Assembly: GCF_009914755.1 (NCBI RefSeq)
Contig: NC_060941.1
Direction: 5' to 3' (one strand)
Length of the DNA stretch: 64,000 nucleotides
Source: the human T2T-CHM13v2.0 reference genome, Homo sapiens
The translations under genes were made by a program, and so were the position numbers. Positions 27,421 to 45,239 of the stretch are shown one piece after another (the stretch's first letter is position 1; each line of letters starts with the position of its first letter). The notes below the pieces were generated by a model. The model made no database searches and had not been told where the DNA came from. It saw only the letters and a program-made list of their open reading frames with translations.

Positions 27421-28684
27421 TTTCCATATTCACATTCAAATATCTACAGATCTGTTATATGTTCCTTTGGGATAAATGGATGAGGCAGTGTGGCTTCAAA
27501 ATCTTTAACGATGTTTCACAATCTCTTTGGTTTGCAGTCTAGTCACTGTAGACATTTCCTGAATGAAAACTCAAAAGCCTGCAGCCTGGTGCGTGCTATG
27601 ACAATGGGCCACCAAAGTAGTAATTAGAATGACTCAGAAAATCAAGTACGTAGGAAGGCTTCATCTGGAATTGTTTGATTTATTTTAACATGATCCTACC
27701 CTCAACCACTTCATATATCCTAATTACAGTTCTAAATTAAAATGAGGTTTCTGTGGCCCTCCTCTGAAATGACTGGAAAAATTCTGGCTATGGCAAGTCC
27801 AATGGCAAGAATTACGTAAGTGAAATAAACCAGTCGGCTCAAATATTTGACTGAAATGCAATATTCTCCTGGGATTCTAAGTGAGATAACCCGCTCAACT
27901 TCAGCAGAGATGGTTAAGCAAGCAGGGTTGCTAGTGAGGGTAGAAGGTGGCCTATCTGGGAGGGCAAAGAAGTATTTCTGAGGTCGGGCAAATTATGTGA
28001 GCTAATGCCTTTCAGCAGTTAGTCCTTTTGGAATCCCAGGACTGAGATCCCAGGGATAAGGTTCCATTTTGCCAGATAAATGACAGTAAATAGAATGCTT
28101 GGGACACCATCTTTTCCTTGTTACTTGGAGAGTTCTGTGAGGTTTTCTGGGCTCTGTGTGTCCGTGGGTACAGAACAGGTTACTTCCCCACTTCCACTCT
28201 GATTTCTCATAAGTGACTTCCCCACTTTCAAGCTTAAAATGGGAAAAAGTGTTGGGGGCATGAAGATCGCAAGTGAATTCTTAGGTCTTGTCCAATGTGA
28301 TGTTTTCACTACAGAGAGAATCTTCTGGCCATCCCCAGATCTCTGGCCATGGTGAGGAGAAGATCATGGTACTTTTTAGTATTGTGATTTTTTCCCCCTT
28401 CTTCTTTCAGTATAGGTCCTATGACAGTTTAAATCTGTCTGCCTGGTTCTGATCCACCAACTCCTGCAGCCTGGCTGCTACTAAAAACTCACTTCTACAG
28501 TAACACATGACTTCCACCCATGACAGCATGTGGACGCAGAGAAAAGTCTTAAATGCAAAGGTATAAGCTGTACTGTTTTCTCTGTTTTCTTTCATCTCTA
28601 CACTGCACAGAGACCTAGAAGAATTTAGGTCTTATCCACAAGTGAAGACGGCAGTACAAAGGCAAGATATGCATTGTGATTTAC

Positions 28685-28960
28685 TGTTAAACCAAGTTTA
28701 GGCCAAAGCTGCCTCCTTACGTATTTTAAGTTTGGCTTAAACGTTCCTCTGGACATAGAGAGCTGTAACCTAACTGGATATGTAAACAGACTGTAACCTA
28801 CACTTGTGCCAGTCACTGAGTTTTGGCCAGTCAAAGGTGGCCAAGTGTTCAAACTGGATTCAAATAAGGCAAACACAGAGCTATTACCAATCTGGCTGTT
28901 TCTGTGCCTTACTTCCATTTGCTATACGTCACTTTCCTTTTTCTGTTCATAAATCTTCTC
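28685..28960 (+). mobile_element. MER57-like ERV1 LTR, 3'-truncated
   Basis: TGTTAAA...AAAGCTGCCTCCTTAC...TGTAAACAGACTGTAACCTAC...TTCAAATAAGGCAAAC matches the MER57 family. Confidence 0.82.
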
Positions 28961-28986
28961 TCTAATTTTCTATAACCCTTGTTTCT

Positions 28987-29125
28987 TAGGGCTACAGAGT
29001 TAGCAAATAAAAAATGTAGGACACCCTCGTATTGTGTGGGACATACTTATCCTAAACAAATGATTCACTGTTTATTTAAAACTTTAAATTTAGCTGTGCA
29101 CCCTCTATGTTATCTGGTAATAGCT
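28987..29125. mobile_element. MER53-like hAT MITE with internal deletion
   Basis: TAGGG...TTAGCAAATAAAAA...GGGACATACTTAT...TTATCTGG. Confidence 0.7.
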
Positions 29126-29480
29126 TTTTTTGGCGTCTTGTGGCACTGCCTTCTCTTGCTCACTATCTGTTGTGTGTCATACGTTTTGCTCTACAAGCCC
29201 GTAAACTCTTGGGAATTGCCTCTAGTCCCTAACTGCACTTGATTCAGAGCTGAATTTGTATTATGACTGAATTAGCATAAGATGAATTTGGTTTAACATG
29301 GATTCCTTCGTATCACCCTAGATAACAGGTTTAAAGTCGTCGAGAGTATTAGAGGACCTAGCCCATAGGATCGAAAGATGTTCACGTCTGGCCCCATTTC
29401 CTAGGTATCTTCTTCCAGAAATGATCCTGCAAGCAATGCCCCTTCTTTTAAATCAGCAGGGGTAGCAGCAAGATTTAGAT

Positions 29481-29948
29481 CAGTGCACTCCAACAGAAAT
29501 ACAATGTGAACTTCCTGCATGATTTTAAATTGTTCTAGTAGCCACATTTAAAAAACAAGAAGAAATAGATAAAATTAATTGTAATTATGTATTTAACTCA
29601 ATGTATTCAATATTGTCATTTTATCAGAGTCAATATAAACTATTAATAAAATATTTTACAGTTTTTCATACTGAACCTTTAAAATCCAGTGTGTATACAT
29701 TTGTTGGACTTCTCAATGTAAGTGCTAAATTTCATCAGAAATACTCAATTTGTATTTATTTTTCATGAAATGTCATAGAAGTAGACTGGGACATACCTAA
29801 GCCAAACAAAAAACACTTGAAAGTTTTCCAGTAATTTAATTGATACAGTTTTTATATTTAAATTTAATTTTATTGACAGTATATTAAAAAATTGAATTCA
29901 TTATTCCCAACTAGCCGCATTTCAAGGACTCAGTAGCCACAGCACAGC
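29481..29948. mobile_element. MER33/Charlie1-like DNA transposon derivative
   Basis: TCCAACAGAAAT...TTCTAGTAGCCACATT...CATTTCAAGGACTCAGTAGCCACA. Confidence 0.75.
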
Positions 29949-30925
29949 CCTGGTTGATGACTAGAGCTTCTTCTAAAATCCTCGTAACCCAACCAAACAA
30001 ACCAAATAAACCTGCAAGCGACAATATCTCCCCAGGGTATGGAATCAACAGCATTCTAATTCCCTCTCGTGTCTAGTAATTCCTCTTTGCGGCCATAGCA
30101 AATCTCCCTGAGCAATTTTTTTTTCCCTGTGACAAAAATCATACTATGTAGTTTTACTTGAAAGCCACAGAAAGACCTAACACCATCCATGCTGCGTGAA
30201 TTTCTTGATTTTTTTCAGGTTGCTTTGCAGATGATGTTTTAATTAGGGAAGCCCATTCGAGAATCTTCCTAAAGACATATAACATCCTCAGCCATCTGAA
30301 ACTATCTGAACCAGTCTGAAAATCTGAATGCCAGAACCACCCCTGCAGTCCAAACAGTTTGTGGACTATGTCTAAATAGTCTGTTGCACTAACCACAACT
30401 GAGGAATTTATGAGGGCATTAAAGTACTGTAACCAAAATGTTGTCATTCAAAGGCTCGCCTCGGGAGGAGTGGAGTATTCCGAGAGCTAGACGCTGGGGC
30501 TCTGGCAAGACTCCAGGCAAAGTGTCAGGATCCTGGGATCAAAAGGTGATTGAGAGACGTCTAATTGAGGAGTGCCGCCCTGATATTTGTGGTTTCCTTT
30601 CCAGCAGTGGAATTTGGTGCAGATCTTTGAACAGCTCCACAGCCAGCTCTGGGGCCCTGCAGGAACAGGCCAGGGTGGATTCCTGGAAATTACAAATAAT
30701 GGGGGTTGGGCACTTGTCTGCATCTCTCTGGGACTAGACTCGTGGTTTTTAATTGTCTTTACCCAAGGCAGGACATTCTAACCAGTAGCTGGGATCTCGC
30801 AGTGTGATTAAATTTATACTTAAGGCTGATGCGAGTGCTCAAAAAAATTAATAAAAAGAAAAGCAAAAAGATGGTGAAAAAACACAAATGTGTACATTTG
30901 GGAAAAAGGTCACAGGCTGTTAATA

Positions 30926-31266
30926 CAGTCATGCATTACTTAACAATGGGGATACGTTCTGAGAAATTTGTAGTTAGGCAGTTCCATCATTGTGAGAGCA
31001 TCACAGGGTGCACATCACACAAATCTAAATGGCACAGCCATACTACCCACGTAGGCTATATGGTATAGCCTATTGCTCCTAGGCTACAAACCTGAACAGC
31101 GTATTACTGTACTGAATACTCCAGGCAATTGTAACACAATGGTAAATATTTGTGTATCTAAACATAGAAAAGGTAACAGTAAAAATACAGTATTATGATC
31201 TTATGGGACCACCATTGTATATGTGGTCAGTCGTTGGCCTAAATGATGTTATATGGCATGTGACCG
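30926..31266 (+). mobile_element. Tigger3a (MER7A) MITE
   Basis: CAGTCATGC...CATGTGACCG termini flanked by TA duplications. Internal CTATATGGTATAGCCTATTGCTCCTAGGCTACAAACCTG. Confidence 0.9.
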
Positions 31267-32819
31267 TATAAACGTTAAACCATTAATCATCCAACTCATT
31301 ATATGTATAATTTGTATAATAGGTATAATTTGGATTTTTGGCACCTTTTTGGCTATCATAGTCATTTCATTTGATGTCTTATGCAAATACATCTCTTTAA
31401 AGTACTTTCTTGTACTTGATTAATTTCCCAGACTGTTAATATGTTTTCACTGTATATCTTCTGGTGCTTAACATTATACATAAAGGTGGCAGGGGACATA
31501 AGGGGAAGAGAAAAGATAAAGTGATTCTTTCCTTTACGCCTAGAAAAGATTGGAGTCTTGATGAAGGGAAAAACATTTGTTTGGTCATTTAATCAATATT
31601 AACTGAGCACTTAATATGTGTGGAACATGAGGGGTACAAAAAGATGGAGGGAGGTGGATCATTATATAAATTCCAGCTTTACTACCTACTGGTTATGTGA
31701 CGTTAGGCCAATTATTTACATTTTTTGAGGCTGTTTCCTCAATTTTTAAATGAAGTTAATAATAAAATGATACAGGAGAAAAATTATGTAGATTACTAAT
31801 AAATTGTGTCTACTATAATCACGATTATTAAAGATGAGTCATCACCTCCTCAATCACCAGTAGACTTTTTTGTTTTGCTAATTTGGGTTGCCAGAAATAT
31901 GTTGTTATACCTAGACAACAGGCCACCATCATTTAGATTTGGTGTAGATCATTCATTGGCTAGTTTACATTCTCACTTTTTTGAGGTTCAAATGCCTACA
32001 TTTCTTGCCTAAATCAAAACTTACATTTATAAAAAAAAAAAAATACCTTTATATCCCCAAGGGAAGAAGATAATGTGACCCAGGAAAGGCTTTCTTGTTT
32101 TAAAATTAACATTTTAAAATGAACTATGTAGAAATCCAGCCACAGAATCCTAACATTAGAGAAACACAGGGTAGTAGACATGACTTAGAACTAAGTTCCT
32201 GCTTTCAGGTAGCACAAGAGGATGAGATGCAGGCATGTTGGGGTCACGTGAGCTCTCTTTTGAAATTGATTCCACAGGTCACTGTGAAATCCAAATATGC
32301 TTAATTTTAAGTGTCTTTGCTGCACTGAGACATTTTACCTTATTTGTATGCAAAGCCATCCCAGCTTTACATATGGCCACCTTATCAAATTATCTTATTA
32401 ATTCTGAAATTTTCTTAACTTTCAACATATGCAATTGCGTCATTCCTAAATAATGATAACTCTACCTTTTTATTTTCATTATGTACGCTTTCATCATGTT
32501 TTTCTCTGTGTAATCCATTAAATAAAAATTCTAAAACCTTCCCCAGCAATGATTGTCATTGGAATAGCTTTATACATAATTATTTTACTTTACATATTAT
32601 GCTGTCTTTAGGTAAATACTGCTAATTTGAAGAACTTTTACTTTTTTAGCATTTCTATTAGGAATGAGACTTGATAAGAGTGATCGACATTGACTTTACA
32701 AAACCAGATTTGGTTTTAGTTGTCATTTCCGGTGGGTTTTTTTTTCATATATTATTAATTTTGTCTTTATTCTTTTAATTCTCCTCTCCAACTTTCTCTA
32801 TGTTTATTTTGATTTTTTA

Positions 32820-34580
<1,761 letters not shown>

Positions 34581-34743
34581 GCAATTTCAAGTAATTTTCA
34601 TATTCTATTTTGATTTCCTTGTGCTTTTTTGTCAAAATAACATCATAGCTCATTTAATTTCAATTTATTTTTATAAATAACAAAAACAAAACACCATAAT
34701 TTTTTTTCCAAAATAAGTTTTAGCTATAAATCACAGGTGTTAA

Positions 34744-35063
<320 letters not shown>

Positions 35064-35348
35064 TGATAGTCATGGATTTTGTTCTTTAAAACTGTACAGT
35101 CTGGAATGTGTTAAGGGTTTCTTTGAAACCAACTACATGATCAAAATTCATAGATGTTTATGGGCATAAGAAACCATATATAATTTTCCATTTGTTACAT
35201 AGGAAAGGTCTATACTATCCATCTTGATGATTGTATTTTTCCAATATCCTGTTTATTTTTTTTATCTACCATCAAGTTTTGAAAAGGTTATATGTACATA
35301 TATAACTATATGTATGTAGTCTCTGGATCATGCTTTTTTAACACCATA

Positions 35349-35712
<364 letters not shown>

Positions 35713-36250
35713 TAATATTTTTTTAATGGTAATGAACTATGATGTTTTTAACTGTTTGCCTGTTGATAGAGATTTGAGCTATTCCTATTTCATTTGTCCT
35801 GGTGAGACATTCTCGTTCACCTCCACTGAGGCACAGGAACAAGAATTTCTGCTGTATATACAGCTATGAGTGGAAATAATTACATTTGTAGTATTTGTGG
35901 CAAGAAAGTGTGGATTTTCTTACTCAGGCTCTTTGAATTTTTGTAGAATTACTTGATGCCCTAGTCCATGATTAACTTCAGAAAATAAACCATGTGTGCT
36001 TGAGGAGAATGTATATCTCAGGGCTGTTGGATGCTGAGTTCTACTTAAGGGCATCAGTACAAATTTATAATTTGTGTTGTTCAAACCTAAATATTGTTAT
36101 TGACTTTTTTATCTATTTGATTTATCCATAATTGAGAGAGATATGTGGCTATTTCTGACTCATCTTACTCTGAACATTTCAGTGTTCTTATATTTCTTAT
36201 GTTTTAGTTGTGTCTCTTCCAAATGCAATGGAGTTTGATATTTTTCTTAA

Positions 36251-36577
<327 letters not shown>

Positions 36578-36739
36578 TAGAAGGTGGATGTAATGAATTC
36601 ATGTTTTTGGTGATTATTTATATATTTGAACTAGTTGCTACTATTTTACTTTCTTATTTCTACTTGTCCCACATTTTTGGACAAGTTTTTTCTTTATTTT
36701 TTATTATTTTATTAAAATTATACTTTATTTTAAATGTTA

Positions 36740-38620
36740 TTATAATTATGTAAAATATTCACATATAAAGAACACACAAAAGACAAAATGTACAGCTCAA
36801 TTATTTAACCTCAAAATGAACCTCAAAGTACCACAAAATCAAGAAATAGAAAAAAAAAAGCCCAGAAACCTCAGCCATGTCTTCTATTAATCATTAGTTC
36901 CTTTCTCCTCCACTATTCTGACTTCTTGCATACTGATTAGTTTCACCTACTGAACATTATAAACAAGGAATCAAACAACACGAATTCTTTTGTATTGTGC
37001 TTATTTAATTCATTTGTGCGTTTTGTACCAATAATATTCCATTGAATATCATATGTAACATTTCACTGAAGAACATGCAACAGTTTGCTCTAGATTCTAC
37101 CCTTGGTGGACATTTGGTTTGTTTCCAATCTGAGGTTATTACAAATAGTGTTGTAAACATTCCTGCACAGGTGTATGCATTTCTGTGGGGAATATACCTA
37201 GCAGAAGAATTGCTGTGTCATTGAAGATACACATATATTCATCTTTTGCAGCCAGATTATTTTCAAAGTGGTGATACCAATTTACCCTTTTACAATTAAT
37301 TTATGAGAGTTTCTATTGCTCACTAATACTTGGTATTGCCAGTCCTTTTCATATTAGCCAGCTTTATGTGTATTCCACTGTGATTTTTATTTGCATTTCT
37401 CCAATGACAAAGATCTAACACCTCTCCCTGTGTTTACTAGCCTTTTAGATATGCATTTTTGAAGTACCTGATCAAGTCTTGTGAACATTTTTCTGCCAGG
37501 TTGTCTAGTGGTTTCTTATTGATTTTTAGGAATTCTTTTTACATTTGGTGGCGGGCCTTTCCAATTGCTTAATGGCATGATGTTAGCCATACAATGCATA
37601 TTGTATATATACTTGTTACATACTATTTAATAAGATGCTATAAGACATCTTACAATACTCATTTATTATTTCACAATTCTGTAGGTCAGAAGTCTTGGAG
37701 AGTTTGGTGGGGTTCTCTGGTCACGGCCTCACAAGGGTGAAATGAAGGTGTCAGGCAGGATGAATTCTTATCTAGAGGCTGAAGGGGAAGAATTTTCCTC
37801 TAAGCTCATTTAGGTTGTTGGTAGAGTACAGCTCCATGTGGTGGTAGATCTGAGTTTCCCTTTCCTTACTGCCACCCGCATTCCATCTCAGATGACTCCC
37901 TCCAAGTTCAAAGGCAGCAATCGTGTGTGTAGTGTTTCTCACTCCTCAAATCTCTCTGACTTCTTATGCCTTCTTTTTCTGCCACCAAAATTTCCCTGCT
38001 TTTAAGGGCTCATGTGATTAGCCCTGGATAATCTCTGTTTTGACAAATGAAACATGCCATATACCATAACACAATCATAGGAGCGATATCTCATCGCATC
38101 CACAGGTTCCAGGGATTGGGGAATTAAGTCTTGGGGATGGAGCATTTTAAAAATTCAGGCACCCACAGAAATATTTTGATGAAGAGAAATTCTTAATGTC
38201 AAAATGGTAAAATTCATTATAATATTTTATTGTATTTAGAGTGTTTTGTATCTTGTTGCAAACACTTTTTTGTGACATGGTCATAAATATATTCTATATT
38301 ATCTTCTAGAAGCTAAGTTGTTTTGTTTTTCACATATATATTTAAAATTCATGTGGAATTGATTTCTGAGGTAGAGGTCATTTAATTTTTTCTGTATATA
38401 TATTGACCATCGTTTGTTGAAAAGGCCATCCCCAGTATGGTATTTCCCCACTATGCTATAGTTTTGTGACCATGCAGATCTATTCCTGGACGCTATTATT
38501 TTCCATTGCTCTGTTCAGCTATATTTGCAACAAGTAGGAGTATTTCTACACTCTTAATTATTGTAACTTTATGTATATATAGTCATACATATATGTATAT
38601 CTTGATTTTTCCTGCCTCTT
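36740..38620 (-). mobile_element. L1ME-like 3' fragments, interrupted by an MLT1 LTR
   Basis: GGTGGACATTTGGTTTGTTTCCA and TTTTATTTGCATTTCTCCAATGAC are reverse L1 motifs. Confidence 0.7.
37600..38168 (-). mobile_element. MLT1E-like MaLR LTR
   Basis: CACAATTCTGTAGGTCAGAAGTC...TCTAGAGGCT...AAGGGCTCATGTGATTAG...CACAGGTTCC. Confidence 0.72.
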
Positions 38621-40790
38621 TCAGATTCTATTTAGATTTATAACGGTGTGCTTGAGAACATCTTTTAGCTTTTCCTTTAGTGTGGTCCTGATGGGAATAA
38701 ATTCTCTCATTTTTGTCTTGTTTGAATACATAAATGTATACTATATTATTAAAAATTAGTTTTCAATTTGTAGAGAATTCTAGAAAGGCAGTATTTTTTT
38801 TTATTGTGAGATAACTTAATTAACTTGTAGCTTCCATTGTTTAGGTTGACAAATCTACTGTCTGTCTAAATGTTTCTTCTTTAAAGATAATCTTCAACTC
38901 CTTTTAAGATTTTCTCCTTGTATATTTTTAATAGTTTGACTATGATGTGTCTGTAAATGAATTTAATTTTGATACTTAGAGGCAGTACAAACAGGGCTTC
39001 TTGAATATCTGACTTGTCTCATTAATTTTGGAAATATCTCACTCACTTTCTCGCTAAATATTGCTTCTGTTTCTCTTCCTGCCTTTCTTCTTCTTAGATG
39101 TCGACAGTACATTTGACTTTTTCTTTTACTCTATGTAAAATACTTTTAATCCGATCATTCATTCCTAACAAGCATGCTATTTTTTTGTTCAGTAGTTTTG
39201 TTCTCTTTTATAGCCCCAAATATATTATTATAAACCTTACTATTTCTCCAAATGTAAATACTTGGCTTAAATTTTAATATCTGATTATCTTTTCTTTGTA
39301 CACTTCAAGATGTTTTCCTGACATCATTTTTTTTTCTTTTAAACGATATCATCTATAAGTTTCCTAAGTGCAAGTTGCTTGGTTTTAAACTCTGTCTATC
39401 TCTACAGATATCTTTATATTTACCCTCATTCTTGAAGGTAACTTTCTTGGCAACCAATTCTAGGTTGATTGTTACTTTCTCTTATCATTTCAAAAATGTT
39501 ATTCCATTGTCTTCTGGCTTTCATATTTGCTGTTGAAAAGGTTGTTATCATTTATTTATTTATTTTTTCCATTCCTGTGTATGTGGTGATCTTCCTTACT
39601 TGCTTCTAACTTTTTTTTTCTGCTTTTCAGTTTTGCTCTGGTATATCTAGAAATTTGTTCCCTTTAATGTACTTGTTTTTTGGCATACTTTGTGCTTCTT
39701 GGGTTTTTGAGTTTATGGTTTAAAAAATAATAATTTCTAAAAAATTACAACTACTACCTCTTAAAATAGTGCCTTTCCTCTGTTCACTAATCTCTACTTT
39801 GGGTACCCAATAAAATGTACAGTAGACTTTATTATTCCATAATTCATATTTCTTAACATCTATTACATGTTTTCCATCTCCCTGTTTCTCTGAACTGCAT
39901 CTTTTTTTAGTTCTTATCTCCTATTTAATCTAACTTTGAAAGTTTTTGTTTCAACAATGATATTTTTCATTTCTAGACCTTTTGTTTCTTCAAATCGGCA
40001 AGTACACTCTTACTTCTGGTTTACAATTATACACTGCTAAAGCACCTAAAGGACCGCATTTGATGGTCTCTTGTTGCATTCTCCTCTTTGTAATAGCATC
40101 TTTAATTTTTGGAACATTTGAGATATTCAACTCTGTTTTGTATTTAACAGTTCCAATATTTGCAATACTTGTGGATCTAAGTATATTGTCTGTTGTTTCT
40201 GCCAAATGCCATTAATAGTAGCTTCACTTGTAATATGTTTGATAATGTTGATCTTTGATGTAAGCTTATTGCTTAATCTTAGTTTCTGGGAATCATTTGG
40301 GCCTCAACTGGGGAAGGTTTTATCCTGACTGAATTTACTTCTGCTTCTGCTGGTAGCCAGATTTAATTAACCTTGCTCATCTTTAGTTCTTCAGAGGGTC
40401 TTTATTCGTGAGTGAAAATACCTCGCTGTGAGAACTTAGCACACCAATAGCATTGCTGCTGTGGGCAACCTAATTCAAGCAATTACATTCTCCAAGATAT
40501 TCACTGCTCTAGTCTGGGCTACCTACTAAATGGGAAACAATTTACTTATTTTCATGGCTTCCTCACCTCTTTTGACACAACTAGTACCTCAGAAATTGTT
40601 TCTATTCATCACATTGTTTTTATGAATTGTGTTGGGGGAATTTCTGAAAGCATTCATCAAATTAACCATATGTCTGAAGTTGAAATTTGTATTCCTTCTA
40701 CAGTTATTGCTTTTCTTATATTTGACCTTTTTTTCTTCTTCTAGAATTTTCCTTATTTGCATATTAGGTATATTGTATCTATCCTCTAAG

Positions 40791-41164
<374 letters not shown>

Positions 41165-41507
41165 TAAAATATTTTTTTCATTTGATCTTGCAGACCATCA
41201 AAGCGTTTTCTCAGCAGTAGCTAGTCTGTCAATAGTTTGATTGCATTTACAATTTATACATATTGTTTTCAGATCCAGATGCTACGCTTTGTGCTCTCTT
41301 CATCTTTTTGAGAATTCTTACTATAATGCTATCTTACTGCAGAACCTTAGACCATCATGCCCTTAGTAATGGATGTGATGATTAGTTTTCTTTTGCAAAA
41401 CTAAAAAATTTTAAACATATTGGATATTTTTCAGAAATATCAGAAATATTTTAAAATCACGGATATGGTGATTACTTTTCTTTTTGACTGAAAATGACCA
41501 TCACTGA

Positions 41508-41827
<320 letters not shown>

Positions 41828-42541
41828 AGAGGCTTTCCTTTCTATAGTCCTTGCAAAAGAAAGCTGCAGCAAGTTGAACAAGCTTTGAACAGTGTACTTC
41901 AACCCCAGGATTTAGCTAAAAGAACCAGCATGTATATGGACCCATGAGAAAAGAATACAAAGGCTCATATCACCTTGTGATCTGAATTAGTGCCCTGTTT
42001 TTTTGTTTTGTTTTTAAAGTGAGTTAGACAATGGACTCTCTGTCTCAGGAAGTTGAACAAAATTTATAGAAGGATTGCAGCTGCCAAAAGAGGCTGAAGT
42101 CAGGAGGATATGGGCTAGAGCTAAGACCATAGGGAGAGTGATAAACCAAAGCCAGGAGTGAGATAGATGAACTTAAGAGAGAGCAATAATGTTGAGTACA
42201 CAGAGAAGCCACCGCTCATCCATTCCAGGTAAGCCCCAGTAATCACTCCCTTTTAGCCATTCCTGTGGCATCCTTATTCCTTGGTTTTGAACACACCTCA
42301 ATAAAACATTTTCTCCTGCTACTGAGCAGCTGGAACAAAATCATTGCCATAAAACTCAACAGGGTGCCGATCTCTGATACCCAAGGTTTCTAATGAATAG
42401 GGTACTGGACAGTGGCAATCTTTGTATATAAAATCTGGGGAAAAAAGAAAATTTTTCTGATTGTTTACGATAACTATATAACCTTTCCTCCAACTTATCC
42501 CAAGTCTTTGATTCTCTGGAAAAAAGTATAGGTGCTGCTTA

Positions 42542-43196
42542 TGATGAACAGGCTTTAGTGTACCCATATCATCCCTGTCTCTTGGAGTCCATGCCCTTAT
42601 GTAATTCTCTCTCCTTGAGGGTAGGCAAGACCTGTGACTTGCTTCTAACCAATGTGGCAAAGATAATGCATGATTAGGTGGTATTACATGCAACGATAGG
42701 TGGTATATCTCATGATTAGGCAGTATTATATGCAAAGGTGGTGGGATGTGATGGCCATTATTACATTACTTTATATAATACTCCATCCTAGTAGATTGAA
42801 ACTAAAGTCCCTCCTTAGAGGCTTAATGAAGTAAGTGGCCAAGTTGGAGAAGCCTAATTGGCAAGAAACTGCGGGTGCGCTCCAGGATCTGCTGTCAGCG
42901 CCTAAGATCTCAGAGCAACCTTCAGTCAACAGCTAGCAAAAAGCCATGGCCCTCAGTCATGCAGCCACAGGAGATTAATTCTGCCAACATCCTGAATAAG
43001 CTTGGAAGCAGATTCTTCCCCAGCTGAGCCATTAAATGAAAATATAACCTGACCAACACTTTGGTTACAGCCTACTGACTCTGAAGAAATCACTCAGCTA
43101 GGCTATACTCAGTTTCCTAACTGTGAAATAAATGTGTACTGTTTGAAGCCACTATGTTTATGGTCATTTGATACGCAGCAATAGAAAACTTAGGCA
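42542..43196 (+). mobile_element. MLT1G-like MaLR solo LTR
   Basis: GACCTGTGACTTGCTTCTAACCAAT...AATAAATGTGT...GCAGCAATAGAAAACT MLT1 3' terminus. Confidence 0.82.
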
Positions 43197-43231
43197 CTAT
43201 CAAAGCAAGGGATGTAAGAAAGCACAAAACC

Positions 43232-43578
<347 letters not shown>

Positions 43579-44516
43579 CTAACTCTGCCCCTGCCTTACC
43601 CTTTTCAGTGTGGCCTGACACAGGCAGAACCATGCCACGTGCTGTTTCTCCACCTGGGTTACTACATTGCTTTATGATCTATCCTTCCTTAGGCATTTGC
43701 AAGACTCCAGTGTACCAAGAGAAAATTTTATCAGGCTATGATTAAGTGTGTTTATTCACCAAGGTAAACTGGCTGTGGAAATTGTTGAATTACACTTGAG
43801 CAGAACTTTAACTAGTTTTAATATGTGTTTACCCACATTACCTCACTTGATACTCATTATAATCCTGCACGATGTGTAAGTATTCTGTTGAAGCTGAGAG
43901 ATTAAGTTGTTTGCTCAAGTTTCCCAGCGAGTAGTGGCAGAGCCAGAAGTGAATCTAAGTCTTCTAAAACCAAGGCCAGTTTTCTCCTTTATGTGAAAAT
44001 CACCTCTTAGAGAGAAGGCCTTACCTGAACCTCCAGAATAATGTTTAATTATGACAATATGGTCTCAGTTCTTTCAAAAGTAGAATAAAATTAGAAAATG
44101 GAGATCAGCACTTCCTGTAAAATTGTGGAGGTCATCTGGTATAGAGTAGTTAATGAAAGAATGTAAATGTATCATATGTGATGGAATTTCTCTGTCGTCA
44201 TCAAAGAACATTAACAGTGGACACATGTACTCTCATGCATGTGCCCTTGTGTCAAGTGTTGAATCTATACTGACTAATGTACTCAAAGGAAAACTTCAAG
44301 TACAGACATTATTTGTACTCAGAGGTTAGAAGTCAAAAAATCAAAAGTCTACTGTAGGCTTTGGATAGAATAATGAAGTCTTGCTTATCTTTGGAGGAGG
44401 ATAATTATCCCCTTTGACATTCTGAAAAAAAAAGTTTGTGTAACTTAAAAGTCTTGGAAGTTTGGTATAAGAATGAGCATGTCCAAACTGTTCTGTTACT
44501 TGAAAAGTGATTGTCA

Positions 44517-44817
44517 GGCCGGGTGCGATGGCTCATGCCTGTAATCCCAGCACTTTGAGAGGCCGAGGCAGGCGGATCACGAGGTTAGGGATTTGAGACC
44601 AGCCTGGCCAACATGGTGACACCCCGTCTCTACTAAAGACACAAAAAATTAGCCAGGCATGGTGGCAAGCACCTGTAATCTCAGCTACTTGGGACCCTGA
44701 GGCAGGAGAATCGCTTGAACCTGGAAGGCGGAGGTTTCAGTGAGCCAAGATCACGCCATTGCACTCCAGCCTGGGCAACACTGGGCAACAGGGCGAGACT
44801 CCGTCTCAAAAAAAAAA
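44517..44817 (+). mobile_element. Alu (AluSg-like)
   Basis: TSD GAAAAGTGATTGTCA at 44502-44516 and 44818-44832. Confidence 0.95.
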
Positions 44818-45239
44818 GAAAAGTGATTGTCAGGTAAAAACAAAGGCAAAAAAGATGAGTAAGGAACTTACTCTTACTTCCAACTAGTCAAAGAAGTCTT
44901 CCAGAATCAATAAGACTTCTTACTTTACAGTAAATTCTAGTTTATGTGGTAATATTGACGTGATTCCTGATCCAAATCAGTTTTCCAAATGAGGTTTTAA
45001 TAATTGTATTTGATGACTACAAATGTACTCTATGCTCGGTGGGAAATGCAATGGTCTCGACCCATTTTCTAGGTGCAAGTATGTGGTGATAACTCATAGA
45101 CAAAGATGGTAGCCAGAGATATGATGAGTCAGATTCTGCCAACATCCTGAATAAGCTTGGAAGCATATTTCTTCCCTAGCTCAGGGAAGGATAGCCTGAC
45201 CAACACCTTGGTTACAGCCTAGTGACTCTGAACAAAGCT

